Shown: positions 27,861 to 40,753, counted from the first letter of the stretch. The stretch is DNA of 64,000 bases from the human T2T-CHM13v2.0 reference genome, Homo sapiens (GCF_009914755.1 NC_060947.1), one strand, 5' to 3'. Translations and numbers: made by a program. Notes: generated by a model from the letters alone, not told the origin.

Positions 27861-29836
27861 AGTTTCCAATAGATTATCCAATTACTTTGTCACCACTTTA
27901 ATAGACCACTAAATCCATGATTAATCTTCCCTTGCCCTATTTGTCAGGCATTGGTGGTGACAGAAGATAGAAGGGACCATTAGAGATAAGGCACATATGG
28001 GAGAAAGCATATTTTACTATTTAAGCTTCAAGTAAGACAAATTGCTAAGATGCTGGTGCCGAGACGTTTCACTATCAGCTAAAAGTGTTCCTTAATAGAT
28101 TTAGGTCCCTGGAGAAGCTCCACAGAAGTTGTGATTACAACCTGATACAACTCTTCCAAGAGAGTAAACAGGGAGATTTTTTTCCTTTCTAGTTTGTGCT
28201 GGGTAATCAATACCTAGGTGTTTAATTCAATGAATTCAGGGATGGCGCACCAATTCTCTGGTAGTCACCAGAATTTCTCTAGGAGTTTTTGCATTCCTAG
28301 AACAATAATTAAAATTCAAAACATCCTATGCGACCTTTTATGCCAAATTGAAAATGTTATATGATTCATGAGAAACCCTCCAGTTTGAATAGAGGTTAAG
28401 TCATAGGAAGGAAAGATATTGGTCCACAGGGACAAAGACAGGAAAGGAGCATGGAATTCACAACTTTTTATGACTGCCTCTAATGTTGTACCATAGTGGC
28501 CTCATTGATTGGGGCGGGGGCAAAAAGGGGATGTGCTTCTCCATTAGGAAAGGAAGAAGAAAGTAACAAAGAGGTAAAATTCTGAGTGCTAAATCATATA
28601 AAGATCACCATCAAATGCTAAGCCAAGGATCTCTCAATTTAAGCATATATAACATGGGACTGAGAGAGGCCTTAATGATATTGGAGAGACCTCAAGTCAG
28701 CCATCTTGTCATGTTCCCCATCATTGCTATAGGGAGGAGAATGTATAGTTATGAGACTAAGTGGTCAAAAGCCTGAGAAGTCCTCGGGGAGTAGGGATGG
28801 ATGGTTCTTCTCTATGGCATTAGTTTTATTTCTAAACTGCATTATCACCAAGCCACTTCACACACTGCTCCATCCAAATTGCCTAGAACAATCTTCTACC
28901 CATTGCTAGTTATTTAAGACATTAGGTTGTTTTAAAGTCTGGATTCACCTTCCCCTTTATCTCTAAGACCTTTACAGCAGAACTTTGCTTCAAGATGAAC
29001 CATGTATCATTCTCTGTCCAAATTCTGGTTCCAAGATTTCCTGCAGATTCATTTATTCATTCAAAAGATATTTATTGTGCCTTTACTATGTGCCAGAGAC
29101 CGCTGTAAGTAAATAAGTGACACAGATCTCTCTCCTCTTGGAATTTACATAAATTCTAACTGTGGTAGATCTATAGAAGGGCAGGCAGAGTGTATCTCCT
29201 GAAGTTTGATTGCACCAGTTACTGCAGGGAGCAGTGGCCAGAGATTTGGTACCACCAGGTAAAAAAGAACCCTGCTAAGCTTTGGAGAGGATACTTATTG
29301 CTCTTCCCTCTACATTACTTTTGTAGTAGACAGAAAACAGAAAGGCAAAGAGCACAGTGGTCAAGGACATAGGCTTTGGAGTCACATAGCCTGCATCAGA
29401 ATCCTGGTTTCACTACTGAATAGTGATTCTGCCTTGGACTCGTTCCTACCTCTTTCTGAGTCTCAGTTTCCTTAGCTATCACTATAGTCATTCAGCAGAC
29501 CCAAGTCAAGACTGCTGATTCCGGTTTTCCTAACCTAAGGGCATCTACATTAGCTGCTCACATACATCTTGAGTGACTCATCCATTGGGCATACATTGAC
29601 ATCTACATATCAAGTGGATATGTATAGAAGTATCTGCACCACATACTCACAAAGGTCTGAGTCCAAGTGAATTACTCCTATTTATGAATAATTCTAAAGA
29701 GGTTTTCTGTCTATAATTCCTAAACAGGTGGTCTCTGCTTCCATCTTATTATTTCCCTGCTCTAAAGGTGGCTTAACTAATGCAATTAATTATTTACCTA
29801 TTAAGAATTGTGTGGCTTCTCTACTAGTTTTCTTAC

Positions 29837-29941
29837 CTTATAAATTTCTCCCTGTTGGATGGTTTTTATGATGTTAATCCATTCTTCCATGTCTTTCCGG
29901 TTGGGTGCAGCCAGAGTGATTTTTCGTTGTGGTGTAATAAC
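29837..29941 (-). CDS. DGKK: DGKK exon (inferred 4), PH domain C-terminal helix, 105 nt, phase 0/0
   Basis: tgtttag|GTT...AAG|gtaaga; VITPQRKITLAAPNRKDMEEWINIIKTIQQGEIYK with the conserved PH tryptophan. Confidence 0.96.
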
Positions 29942-30124
29942 CTAAACAAAAAGCCACATTATTAGCTGGTTCCCACTCCATAACTTTGCCTTCAAACACA
30001 GTCTGTGAACTCTCTAAGAAACTACACAGATGTACCAAGCACAACATAAGCCACTTCTTGAATATAAGACAGACATTCCCAGAACCACTCGTAGCTCCTT
30101 AGTTACCCATCCGAAATAATAATA

Positions 30125-30385
30125 ATGCTAATAGCAATAATTAACATTTTAATGCCACTCACTATGTGCCAAGAACTATTCTAAAGCACTTTATGCATAT
30201 GATTTCATTCAATCTTCATTACAACCCTGTGAGATGGGCATTGTTATTTTTCCCATTTCATAGCCGAGAAAACCAAGACAAAAAGAGTTAAATGATTTGC
30301 TCAGGGTCACCCAGCAGGTAAAAAACTAAACCAGAATTGAAATCCAGATTCTTTGGCTTCAGAATTCATTCTTTTAAATACTAAA
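30125..30385 (-). mobile_element. MIR, near full length
   Basis: ctatgtgccaagaactattctaaagcactttatgcatatgatttcattcaatcttcattacaaccctgtgagatggg. Confidence 0.85.
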
Positions 30386-31879
30386 CCATGTACCATCTAT
30401 TACTCAAGTTAGTTTGCCTGAAAACCCTACTTGCTTACTGCTACTCTGTCTACTTGAAGTGGTAAAATTGTATGTGGTTCATTAGGGTGTCCCTGTTTCT
30501 GTTTAGTGGGAGAGTGAGATGTCTAAAAACCCAGTTTCTTTCTTTCTTATGGTTAGGGACAACCTGAAGAGAATTTTACAGTTGTCTTTCTTAACCCTGC
30601 TTGGCACAAGAACCCAGGCAGGAATAATAAGAATGCCACACTGAGAGTCTAGCAGATGTAGACCATGGGCAGGACTTGATCTTTTCCCAGAGGGCAGGAG
30701 GGATCATGGATAGCTACAGCATCAGTCATTGCTTCCATTGCCCTACTTGCCTTTACTATAAGCTCCCCAAGTCTTGAAGCTAGAGCTCACCACACCAACA
30801 AGGAATTTGTTTCTTCTTTTGCATGTAACACAGTGAGATTATGTGGTCGATGGAAATAGGAGCTAGTTGGGATTGTGATAACAGCCACTCCTTTGGTCCA
30901 AACCCATTCTTGAGTGGGGCTGATGTTCAGTGCTTCTGTGCTTTAATTAAGTTAAGGGGCAGCCTAGCCTTTATGATTTCTTTCTTTGTAGAATGGAAAC
31001 CAAAAACATTACCCTATAGGCTCATCACCCAAAGACTCAGCTTTTTGGGACTGGTCAACAGAGCCCTCAGTTTTACCCTGTGTCAGGGTGATGTAATGAG
31101 AGAGTAACAAAGCAAAATCTTCTTCTTAGACCCAGCCGCTCTCCTTTCAAGGGAGGATGGAACATGAACCAACTATGGAAGCAGGATATTGGGTCTGCAG
31201 CTCTTTAGTCTGTTAGGTACTATCCCCTACATGCCTAAGCAGGAACTCCAGTCTCCATATCCCACCACTGAGGCTGGGAGAAGACAATTCTGGAAGGAGG
31301 TGGGTAGGAGAATTCCTGGGCCACCAAGCTTTCTATTTTTCAGTGAGTTTTCTGGTCTGGATTCACTTGAATGACCAAAGCCATGTGACATTTCAGTCAC
31401 ACAAAGCCCTAGACACTTCCCTAGAAAATCTTCTGCTTTCTTTGAGGCACTTTCATCAGTAATCTCAACATGGGGTAGATTTCACTTTGAATTAGGGCTC
31501 TTATCTACCTCATCAGAGGAGAGGATGTCATGTAACTCAATTATCCTGCCATTTTCTATAACATATTAGCAGTCTCTTGAAAGACTCCCAGTGATACTCT
31601 TCTAAATCACCTTCACTGGGAGGACTGATTTTTATAAGTCACATACTCCCTTCCCCTTGAAATCAGCTTAGCTTTATACTGGTAATAAGGAACAAGACCA
31701 TCACTTTTTTTCTTCCCTATCAGTGGGCTGCTAGAAAATGTTTGCATGAATGATAACACTTTGGGATCAAAGGAAACTTTGGAAACCTGAAGTTCAAAGA
31801 AGCAAGAAGTGGTCATGGAAAGCTATCTTCCCAGCTAGCCCCTACCCCTGCCCATTCAGTCATTCCCAATCTTACTTAC

Positions 31880-31960
31880 ACAAAAACTGTGGCAAAGGTT
31901 TCTACAGCTGCTTTCTGCCACAGTGGCTTGAGACAGATCAATCGTTTCAAAGTGTGCAAA
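31880..31960 (-). CDS. DGKK: DGKK exon (inferred 3), PH domain, 81 nt, phase 0/0
   Basis: ctttccag|TTT...TGT|gtaagt; FAHFETIDLSQATVAESSCRNLCHSFC. Confidence 0.95.
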
Positions 31961-32029
31961 CTGGAAAGATATAAGACAGAGAGGGACAAGGAACCGTCTG
32001 GTTAATGATGCAAAGAGACATTAAAAGGT

Positions 32030-32030
<1 letters not shown>

Positions 32031-32069
<39 letters not shown>
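32031..32069. repeat. (CA)n microsatellite, about 19 units; reads (UG)n in DGKK pre-mRNA
   Basis: direct reading. Confidence 0.97.
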
Positions 32070-32071
<2 letters not shown>

Positions 32072-32461
32072 ACTGACAGGCATTTGTGGCAGTCATGATC
32101 CAATCATTTCTTTGGCTTGAGGGCTAAAATTTATTTAGCAACATGATTTTTGTTAATGTATCATGTGACCAAAAAATGAAATCAAAATAAACTTTTTACA
32201 GACATTTATGTGGAATTATAGGAAGGCTTGAGTTGGTCAGCTCAGAATTATTTAAACATAAAGGCTTATGCTGGAAAAGATAATGAGATGTGGTCTAACT
32301 AGAGTCCTAGAGAAACAGATTGTGATAAACTCCTATTTTATTGGGTGGCAACCTTTGCAGTGTTGCTAGTCCCATCCAGTTTGAGGCCTGTGCCTCCTTA
32401 TTCACTGGCCATAGTAGATACCATCTAGCCAGCAGCAGGAAATCAGTATCATGGATACAGG

Positions 32462-33454
32462 CAAGGCCGGTTTCACCAGTATACAAACTGTGCAGTCACA
32501 CAGGGCCCCATGTTCAGAAGGGCCTCACACTTAGTTTAATGCTTTGTTGTTGTCATCTTAAAATTACCTCATAATTTTGTCTTTGAGCATGTGTTTTGTA
32601 AGTAAAGTCCAATGGGACAACAGATCATGCATATGAGCAGAGGAGATAGGCGCATTATACATTTCCACCCCATGTCTTGTTGCTCCATTTGCATTTGTGA
32701 TGCCCGTGAACATAGAATTCTAGTGGACCCATGATAAGTGGGAGTTTAGCAAGACTCAAATCAAGTACAAGATAAGTGTGTTACATCTATAACTGAGTAA
32801 GCAGTAGGGGAGCTGACAGCCCTGAGAGGTCATACTTTCTGTTGGAACCAGAACTTGCTTCAGACATAGGAAAAAGACAATGGTTTCTAAGAAATACAAA
32901 GAACCAAGAAGCCCTATTGTATTCTTTCTTGCTCGTTACACCCCTGTGTTAGCCAACAATTTCTGCTAAAAATGATGACATGGAAGGAAATGGAAAGATA
33001 AGGCAACCCATAGTTCTTTCAGTTAAAAAAGTGTTGGTGGAATGTGCAAGTATCGAGAAGTAAAATATGAACAGTTGAGCTAGTTTTGTGCAGTTTTTTT
33101 ATACTACTGAGAACAAAATACTACGCTTGTATGAGCTACTAAACACAAATTGTATAATTTTAGTGATTCTTTATTTGAATTAAATGCTCTTACATTTGCA
33201 TTTAAAACTGGTGTTGTATAGTGTGCAGATAAATAGTGAAATTCATGCTAATTATTTAAAATCGTATTTTTCTTTACTTAGAATTGCATTAGCAAATAAA
33301 AACACCATGACAAGTCTTTGCTTTATATTAATATTTTAGTATAAACATAAAGCGTTATATGTTAGTAGCTTTAATACAACTTCCCCCTGCTTTTTGAATA
33401 AAGGGCACTACATTTTCATTTTGCACTGGATCCCCAAAATTATAGTTGGTTCTG
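32462..33454 (+). mobile_element. hAT-Tip100 element with MER91/Zaphod-type ends, about 1 kb
   Basis: caaggccggtttca...tgtgcagtcacacagggcccc left end; cattttcattttgcactgg...ggttctg right end; degenerate 8-bp flanks gatacagg / ggtgcaga. Confidence 0.75.
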
Positions 33455-33681
33455 GGTGCAGAAGCTAGCTGGGAAAAATACAAAAGGAAAGGGATACAGA
33501 AAAGAGAAAGGAGAGAAAAGTATCCCCATTTGACCCAAAAGGGCAAGTTAAAAAAAGAGTAGAGGGCTTCAACTTCCACCCTAATGTTTGCTGACATGTC
33601 TTTACTTATTAGTCCATCTTCCCACACAAAGGTTTCCTGGCACCCACCCATTAATCTAGTTGACAATATGCTATACATTAC

Positions 33682-33792
33682 CGCGGGATGGTGTGCAAAG
33701 TAGAGCTTCTGTCCTTGAACCAGAAAATATCTAAGCTTCCATCTCTTGAAAGAGTTACAGTTCTTCAGCATAGGTCCTTCCTTCAATATTTT
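33682..33792 (-). CDS. DGKK: DGKK exon (inferred 2), PH domain N-terminal part, 111 nt, phase 0/0
   Basis: ctttcag|AAA...GCG|gtaatg; KILKEGPMLKNCNSFKRWKLRYFLVQGQKLYFAHHPA. Confidence 0.96.
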
Positions 33793-34669
33793 CTGAAAGA
33801 TAGAAGCATGGTGTTGAGCAATTAGATCAATTCATAAGGTCATATCACTTGTTTTCTCAGATGGAAACAGCAGATATCTAGAAGGCTCTATCTTGTCACA
33901 TATCTGAGAAATGGCCTGAAGGCCAGGTGAGAACACAGTGAAGCTCATTCAATCAGATGAGACATTGGTTACCCTTGGATTACTCATTCAGGATGATATA
34001 GGTTTCACGTTTATCAGACTATGTGGCCCAAAAACCACAGAGGATATCTCTATTTGCAGTAGAGGGCAGGGACATGAACATCATAAATATAAGAACAGCA
34101 TTCTTAGGAAAGAATGCGTGGTAGAGGAAAAGGCTGTAAAGGCAGATTTTCTGGAAGTCTCCAGATTGTAGCTCCAGACAGGGCTCTCCTGTCAGCTCTT
34201 TTAGAGTGTTCCTTTTAGAATATTAAGTTAGATCATGTTCCTTCCTTGTTCGCAAGCCTCCAATAGCTTCTCAACACGTTTAGAGCCAAATCCAGTCTTT
34301 ACCATGGTTTGTCTTCAGCGGACTCATGATCTCATGAAGGAGCAAGCACATAAAAAGGAACCACAAGAAAACTACCTTCTGATTACTTTCTTTACATCTC
34401 ATAGTCTAACCACTGATTTTTCAGTTACCTGCTGAACAGACTGATCCTAACCAAGCATAGAGTCTACTTACCATTTTCATCATTGAGGAAGTTCTCACTT
34501 AAGTTATAGGATACAAACCAACATGCAAGACTGCCATTTGGGAGAAGTACTCAACCCCAACAAGCTGGAATCAAATCCATACTTAATGGACAAAGGGCCA
34601 GACTGAGTTTAAAATCACCACATCAAGGCTCTACCATGAATTCTATCATCTAAATTAGCATTCACCATT

Positions 34670-34925
34670 GGGTGGCTGGAGAAGTATTTTGTTTGGCCTA
34701 CCTAGTGTTTTTCAAAGTTTCAAATTAGTTGGTAATATTTGAAAGGTGGAAGACTTCATATAAAAATTCAGGTTTCCTGTTTCTTTTTTTTTAAAAAAAA
34801 TTAGAACATCTGGTAACATTGCATTTATATTCTCACATGGCAACAATCTGCAGAAACTGAGTACCAGCTGCTCCCTTCAGATGGGGTGCCTGACTCCAGC
34901 AGGAATTTGAGTTTAGGACTCTGAT
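34670..34925. mobile_element. MER102-like (hAT-Charlie)
   Basis: ttttgtttggcc...cacatggcaacaatc...cagctgctcccttcagatgggg. Confidence 0.75.
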
Positions 34926-34959
34926 CTAAACAGTTATTTGCCATTCCTGTTCTCCCAAA

Positions 34960-35011
34960 TACACACACACACACATACACACACACACACACACGTACTC
35001 ATACACACACA
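34960..35011. repeat. Interrupted (CA)n microsatellite
   Basis: direct reading. Confidence 0.92.
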
Positions 35012-36224
35012 TTTATACACTCTTCAATTCTCTAACCAATTGGATAGTACTAGTAGACAGAGCCTCTGTATCTCAACTGAAAAGTCAGTTCATAAGCAGT
35101 CACAATTTACCTGAGCCCTCTTCATAGCTTATGGGAGTTTCAAGGTTATTGTAACACCCTTGGGATGCAAAAGAATGGTGCTGAGGAGTCAGAACAAAGA
35201 GAACAATAAGATCTTGTGGGAAGGAGGGAGGTTGCAGTGAGAGAGAGTAAGAAATTATATTTAAATTGTTGAAATTGAGTCATCCAAGAGAAAACAACTG
35301 CTATAAGCATTAATAATATATTGTTCCTTTCCCCTTTCTGGCCAGGTGGCCTAAAGTACAGTTCTCAAAAATGGCTTTTGGTTTTTTTATCCTAACCTTC
35401 TCACCTCTATCCATATACTTCTCCATACTAAGTCTTCATAATACCTAGGCAGTCCTATTTACTCCTTTCTGCTAAAGACTTAATTTCCAAAATTTAACGG
35501 CTCCAATTCTGTACAACTGAATCAACATCCATTATCTCTGCCCTTTTCCCAACTTGTTCTGCTCTGTTAAAATTATTAAATGCTTCCTTTACTCTTCTTA
35601 TTTTGTCGTATGTAATGTCCCCTGTACCAGCTCATTTTACAGTTTTTGGTTGGCTACTTTTCCCTTCCCTCCATTCACAGTTTAAAGTGTTGCAACTCTG
35701 ACTGTCAGATATTTACACTACTACATTCTCTTGGCCTGTTCTGAGAAGCACTTACCCTTAAAGAACCTATTTTTCAGGCATTGCAAGTCATGGGCTAGTA
35801 AACAAAAATCTTTCAATTTATAACTTGTGAATATGATAGCCCAAGAGGACTCAGATTTTAGCTTATGCATTTGATAAGCTCTTTAATGATATTACTATGA
35901 GCAAGAAGGAGAAATTATTATCTTTGTTCAAGTTCCTATTTTATCTGCCTGTAGATCACATCCCCTTCCTCAGCAAGTCATCCTGTTTGGTTATTCAGAG
36001 CCTACTCCCAACAAACCAGTAGCCACCCTCAACTCAGGGGACCCCAATTAAGCTCTACCACTCAGGGGGCCCTTACAGACAATAGAGCTATATAGGAATA
36101 AGTTTTCTATATCTCCCCATAATTAATACAAATCTGAAATAGATTCTGATAAGTAAAGATGTATAAGCCCAGAGCAACAACTAGAAAAATAACTTTTAAA
36201 AATTATTAATACATCATAAAGCAA

Positions 36225-37009
36225 CAATTAAATACCACTACATGTGGATTAGAATAGCTAAAACCCAATACAGTGACAATACTAAATGCTGGCAAGAATA
36301 TGGAGCAACAGGAACTCTCCTTCATTGCTAGTAGGAATGCAAAATGGTACAACTAGTTTGGAAGACAGTTTGGCGGTTTCTTACAAAATCAAACATACTT
36401 CTACCACATGATCTAAAAATTGAAATCTTTGCTATTTACCCAAATGCATTAAAAAGTTATGTCCACACAAAAACCTGCATATGAATGTTTATAGCAGTTT
36501 TATTCATAATTGCCAAAACTTGGAAACAACCAAGATGTCCTTCAATAGGTGAGTGGGTAAACAGACTGTGGTACATCCAGACAATGGAATGTTATCCAGT
36601 AATAAAAATAAATGCACTATAAAGCCACGGAAAGACATGGAGGAACTTTAAATGTATATTGCTAAGTAAAAGAAGTCAATCTGAAAAGGCTACATTAACT
36701 ATATCAATACAACTACATGATATTCTGGAAAAGGCAAGACTATAGGGACAGTAAAAAAACACAGTGGCTGCCAGAAGCTCAAGGGCAGTTGGGAAGAGAT
36801 GAATAGGTGGAGCACAGGAGATTTTTAGGGCAGTGATACTACCCTGTATGATACTGTAATGGTGGCTACATGTCATTATACATTTGTCAAAACTCATAGA
36901 ATGTACAACACCAAGAATGAACCCTGATGTAAATGATGGATTTTAGTTAATAATAAAAAATCAATATTGGCTCACCAGTTGTAACAAATGCACTGCACTA
37001 ATGCAAGAC

Positions 37010-37047
<38 letters not shown>

Positions 37048-37200
37048 TTGTCTCAGGACCTTGGTCAGTTTAGTAGCCCCAAGCAGGTAACAGGGGAAAC
37101 TGGGAGGGGGTGGGAGGGGGTATATGGGTACATTCTTTACTTTCCAATTTTTCTATATATCTAAAACTGCCAAAAATGGTCTATTAATTTTTTTTAATAA
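36225..37200 (+). mobile_element. L1MC-like ORF2 end and 3' UTR, with a (TAA)n expansion at 37012-37045 and a foreign 43-bp insert
   Basis: ggagcaacaggaactctc, gtccacacaaaaacctgca, catgtcattatacatttgtcaaaac. Confidence 0.87.
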
Positions 37201-38034
37201 GCAAGCAAAAACAGGCTGGGAATTCTGAAAAAGAAGAATAATTAAGAGGGAACTACCTGCTATTTAGGTTTTAAAACCTAGTATAAAGCTATAATAATGA
37301 AAAAAATAATTAAAGGGACTAAAATGTTAAAATTGTTAAAGGAACATAAACATATACCCATGTGATATGGCAGGGGCATAAGTATGTGGAATATTCATTG
37401 AAAAATACAACAAAAGCTCTGTCTGCACCCTGGCTGTTTGAGGGAGTGGTTGTTTGAGTTCTTTAAGGGAAAAAGAGATGGCAGAAATGAAGTAATCTGT
37501 TTTATACCTGATACCCCAGGTCTGAGGGTATGAGAAGGGGAGAGTTTCAATGTGTGTCTACCAGTGGAGATGAGGAAGATTTATTTCTGAAGTGGATGAT
37601 GAGATTGTGGAGCTACTTTCCAATAATAAATTATTATTATTATTATTATTATTAACACATTTTAGATTAAGTCTAGAATTACTCTCGCAGATACTATGGC
37701 TTGTCAACACAAAGTTTATAATCCTTTGGCACCAGAACAGGGTTGGTAGCTTGTGGGAACTGTCCTTCTTTTGCCTATCAAGTTACTTTGTTTCTGTCAA
37801 AAGCCAAATTACCATCTGGAAACTGGAAACAGGAGGACACAGTCAACCATGACAAGAACAGAATGTCAAGGCTAGGGAGCAAGTAAGCTCTGTGGTTCTA
37901 AAATTGTTTAGTGAGATAAACCTCTTCACCAAGTTAAAAGACCCAAGAGGGCATTGTTGGAAGGAACCAAATGAAGTTGTATTGCTTTGAATAAGATAAA
38001 ATGAAGTTAAAACCTACTTTTTGTTAATTAAGTT

Positions 38035-38541
38035 AGAATGCAGATCTTCTTAGGGGATAGGCAAGGGCTCTCCCTTCAATGCCTCCTTTCGCAGGGTGCA
38101 TGATAAGAGTTCCTTAAGTTCTAAACAGAGGCTTTGTGTCATCAGCTCTGAACTTCCACAAATGCCCAAACCTGGATCTTGGAAAAGGTAAAGTACCTGT
38201 AGTCCTTTTCCTTCTGAATTCTGTCCTCCTTTGGGGAAACTTCCCTACTCACCCAATTACTGTTTCTAAATAAACCATTGTTTATTTTGTCAAAACCCCA
38301 AAACCAATAGGCAGCCCCAGGAAGCCAGTTTGAACAGGCAGAAGCTAAAAATCCATTGCTTGATTGCCCCAAGTCGATAAACTATGTGCATGTAAAACAA
38401 TCTTTACCCGCTTGGGGCTACTAAACTGAACAAGGTCCTGAGGCAAAAATTGGAAGAAGCAAGGTAACAAGCAAATGCATCCTGCCAAGGGAGGCACTGA
38501 AGGGAGAACCCTTGCCTATCCCCTAAGAAGATTTGCATACT
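38035..38541. repeat. Inverted repeat, 67-bp arms (38035-38101 and 38475-38541), 60/67 identical
   Basis: manual alignment of the left arm to the reverse complement of the right arm. Confidence 0.95.
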
Positions 38542-38843
38542 GCTTCCTGGTCCCTGGCCTCTGGCAGATAATATCATCTCATTGCCTCCTCACAACTATG
38601 CAGTATCACGTCTGACTTCCAGACAGTAAATCTGAGGCTTGGTTTCCCTTACTTTGTCCAAGTACCCACAGTTACAAAATGCTAGTGGACTCTGTGCTTC
38701 CTCTCCCCGTGATGAGAAAACTGGGAGGGCCTGGTTTTTTAGTATGTACACAACAGGTTGAACACAGACCCCACCCCATCCCCCTGCCAAACTTTATTCT
38801 GAATGACAAGATCATAGATTGCTAAGAATTAAAATGTATTCTC

Positions 38844-39155
<312 letters not shown>

Positions 39156-40472
39156 CTATTCCATACTAGAACTCTTAATGAGCTTCCCTCAAAGTGGCAA
39201 ATGATATTCCTTGTTTTTCTAAAGACCTAACATTCGTTGGCGGGCGAGAAGGGAGTTCTCCAGTTTTTTTAAAGTGACAGTCCAAGATTGACTGGAAGAG
39301 TAATTAGAATTCACATGTTGACAGCACTTTGTAATTAATAAAGTGCTTTTGCTTCTCATCAGCCCTCTGAAGCAGGTAGTGAAAGGCGTTTTCTAACGCA
39401 ATTCTGTCCTATGAAAGACACCCTGAAATTAGCATCTTCAAGTGGCTTGCCCGAGGAAATAGTTGAAATTTTTCCTCTCAAATAAGATAGCCCATGTTTG
39501 TTTTGCAGTTTTGAGACTTTGCAACATCTTGGAGTTAAAACATTTGTCAGAAGAACGCATCTCTGATGTTAGTACAAAAGGCAATGAGGAATGGGACTCC
39601 ATATGGGAAATTTTGCTTGGTGGCCACATTTATAAGCACACAGCTATTTCATAAGAAGGGACACACATGTAGTCCTCCTGGTCCAAGCTGCCACATTTCT
39701 GTGGCAATATCTGTGATGCTGCAGATAGAAATAATTTAGGAAGGGCTGTAGAATCCTTGTACATATTGAAATGTCATGTTACCACTCGACGCTTCTTAAA
39801 CCACAGCACACTGCAGGCAGGGTTCCTAATTCTTCCTGCCAGCTCTATTAGACATTAAAACCCAAATAACATTATGGTTTCTACTATTAAACCCTCAAGG
39901 CTGATTGTTTTGTGGTGAGAGTGAGTATGGTGCTAATTAGTCTATTGTCCCGAATTCAATCACCACAGAGATCAATTGGCTTCATTCAAATTCAAGAATG
40001 TAGGACTCCAAGGCATACGTAATTCAGGTCCTGTGTACAGTGTTCACACAAAATGGTCTTTGCCAAAACCATGGCAGCCCTTGCAGAGAAGGCTAAAGCT
40101 TTGGAAAACTCTGCTTCAGTTTCATTCTGAATCCTCTTTGATAAACCAATACCCAAATCCATTGCTCCCAGAAACTCCCACACCCTGGCACAGGTAGTAT
40201 CTCTCTCTGGTGCTCTGTACAACTCAGCATGTGTAAATTAATAAATTAATGAGGATAAACATTTCCCTCAATCCATATTTATAAAATATCTTCTATAAAA
40301 TATTTCAACAGAGTCTGTAAAGCAGCCCAATTTCCTGTATATAATTAACACCCCCCTGCTGCTTAATTGGGAAAGGGCAAGTACAGCTGCTGCTGTGACC
40401 TTTTCCTATGCTTCTCCCAAGTCCCTAAAGCTTCTACTATCTGCTACATCTGTTTTTCTGTTGCTTGGTGCA

Positions 40473-40753
40473 TTTTTTTTTAAGAGACAGGGTCTTGTTC
40501 TGTCACCCAGGCTGAAGTGCAGTGGCGCAATCATGACTCACTGTAACCTCAAACTCCTGTCTCAAGTAATCCCCTTGCTTCAGTCTCCTGAGTAGTCAAG
40601 ACTACAGGTGCCCGCCACCATGCCTGACTAATTTTTTCATCTTTTTGTAAAGACAGTCTCGCTATGTTGCCCAGGCTGGTCTTGAACTCCTGGGCTCAAG
40701 CAATCCTCCCACCTCTGTAATCCCATTACAGAAATGAGCTACCATGTTCAGCC
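40473..40753 (-). mobile_element. AluJ-like
   Basis: gagacagggtctt...actcctgggctcaagcaatcctcccacc; flanks begin tgcttggt. Confidence 0.92.

Noticed and set aside
33355-33786. 143-aa ORF as a stand-alone gene
   Set aside because: Only 33682-33792 is coding. The rest is read-through past the GT donor into intron and transposon sequence. The same applies to ORFs 12837-13130 and 2581-2832.
37012-37654. Complementary (TAA)n and (TTA)n tracts 600 bp apart, and a G-run at 37102-37120
   Set aside because: Common low-complexity sequence; the pairing would be weak and the G-run is part of the L1 3' UTR.
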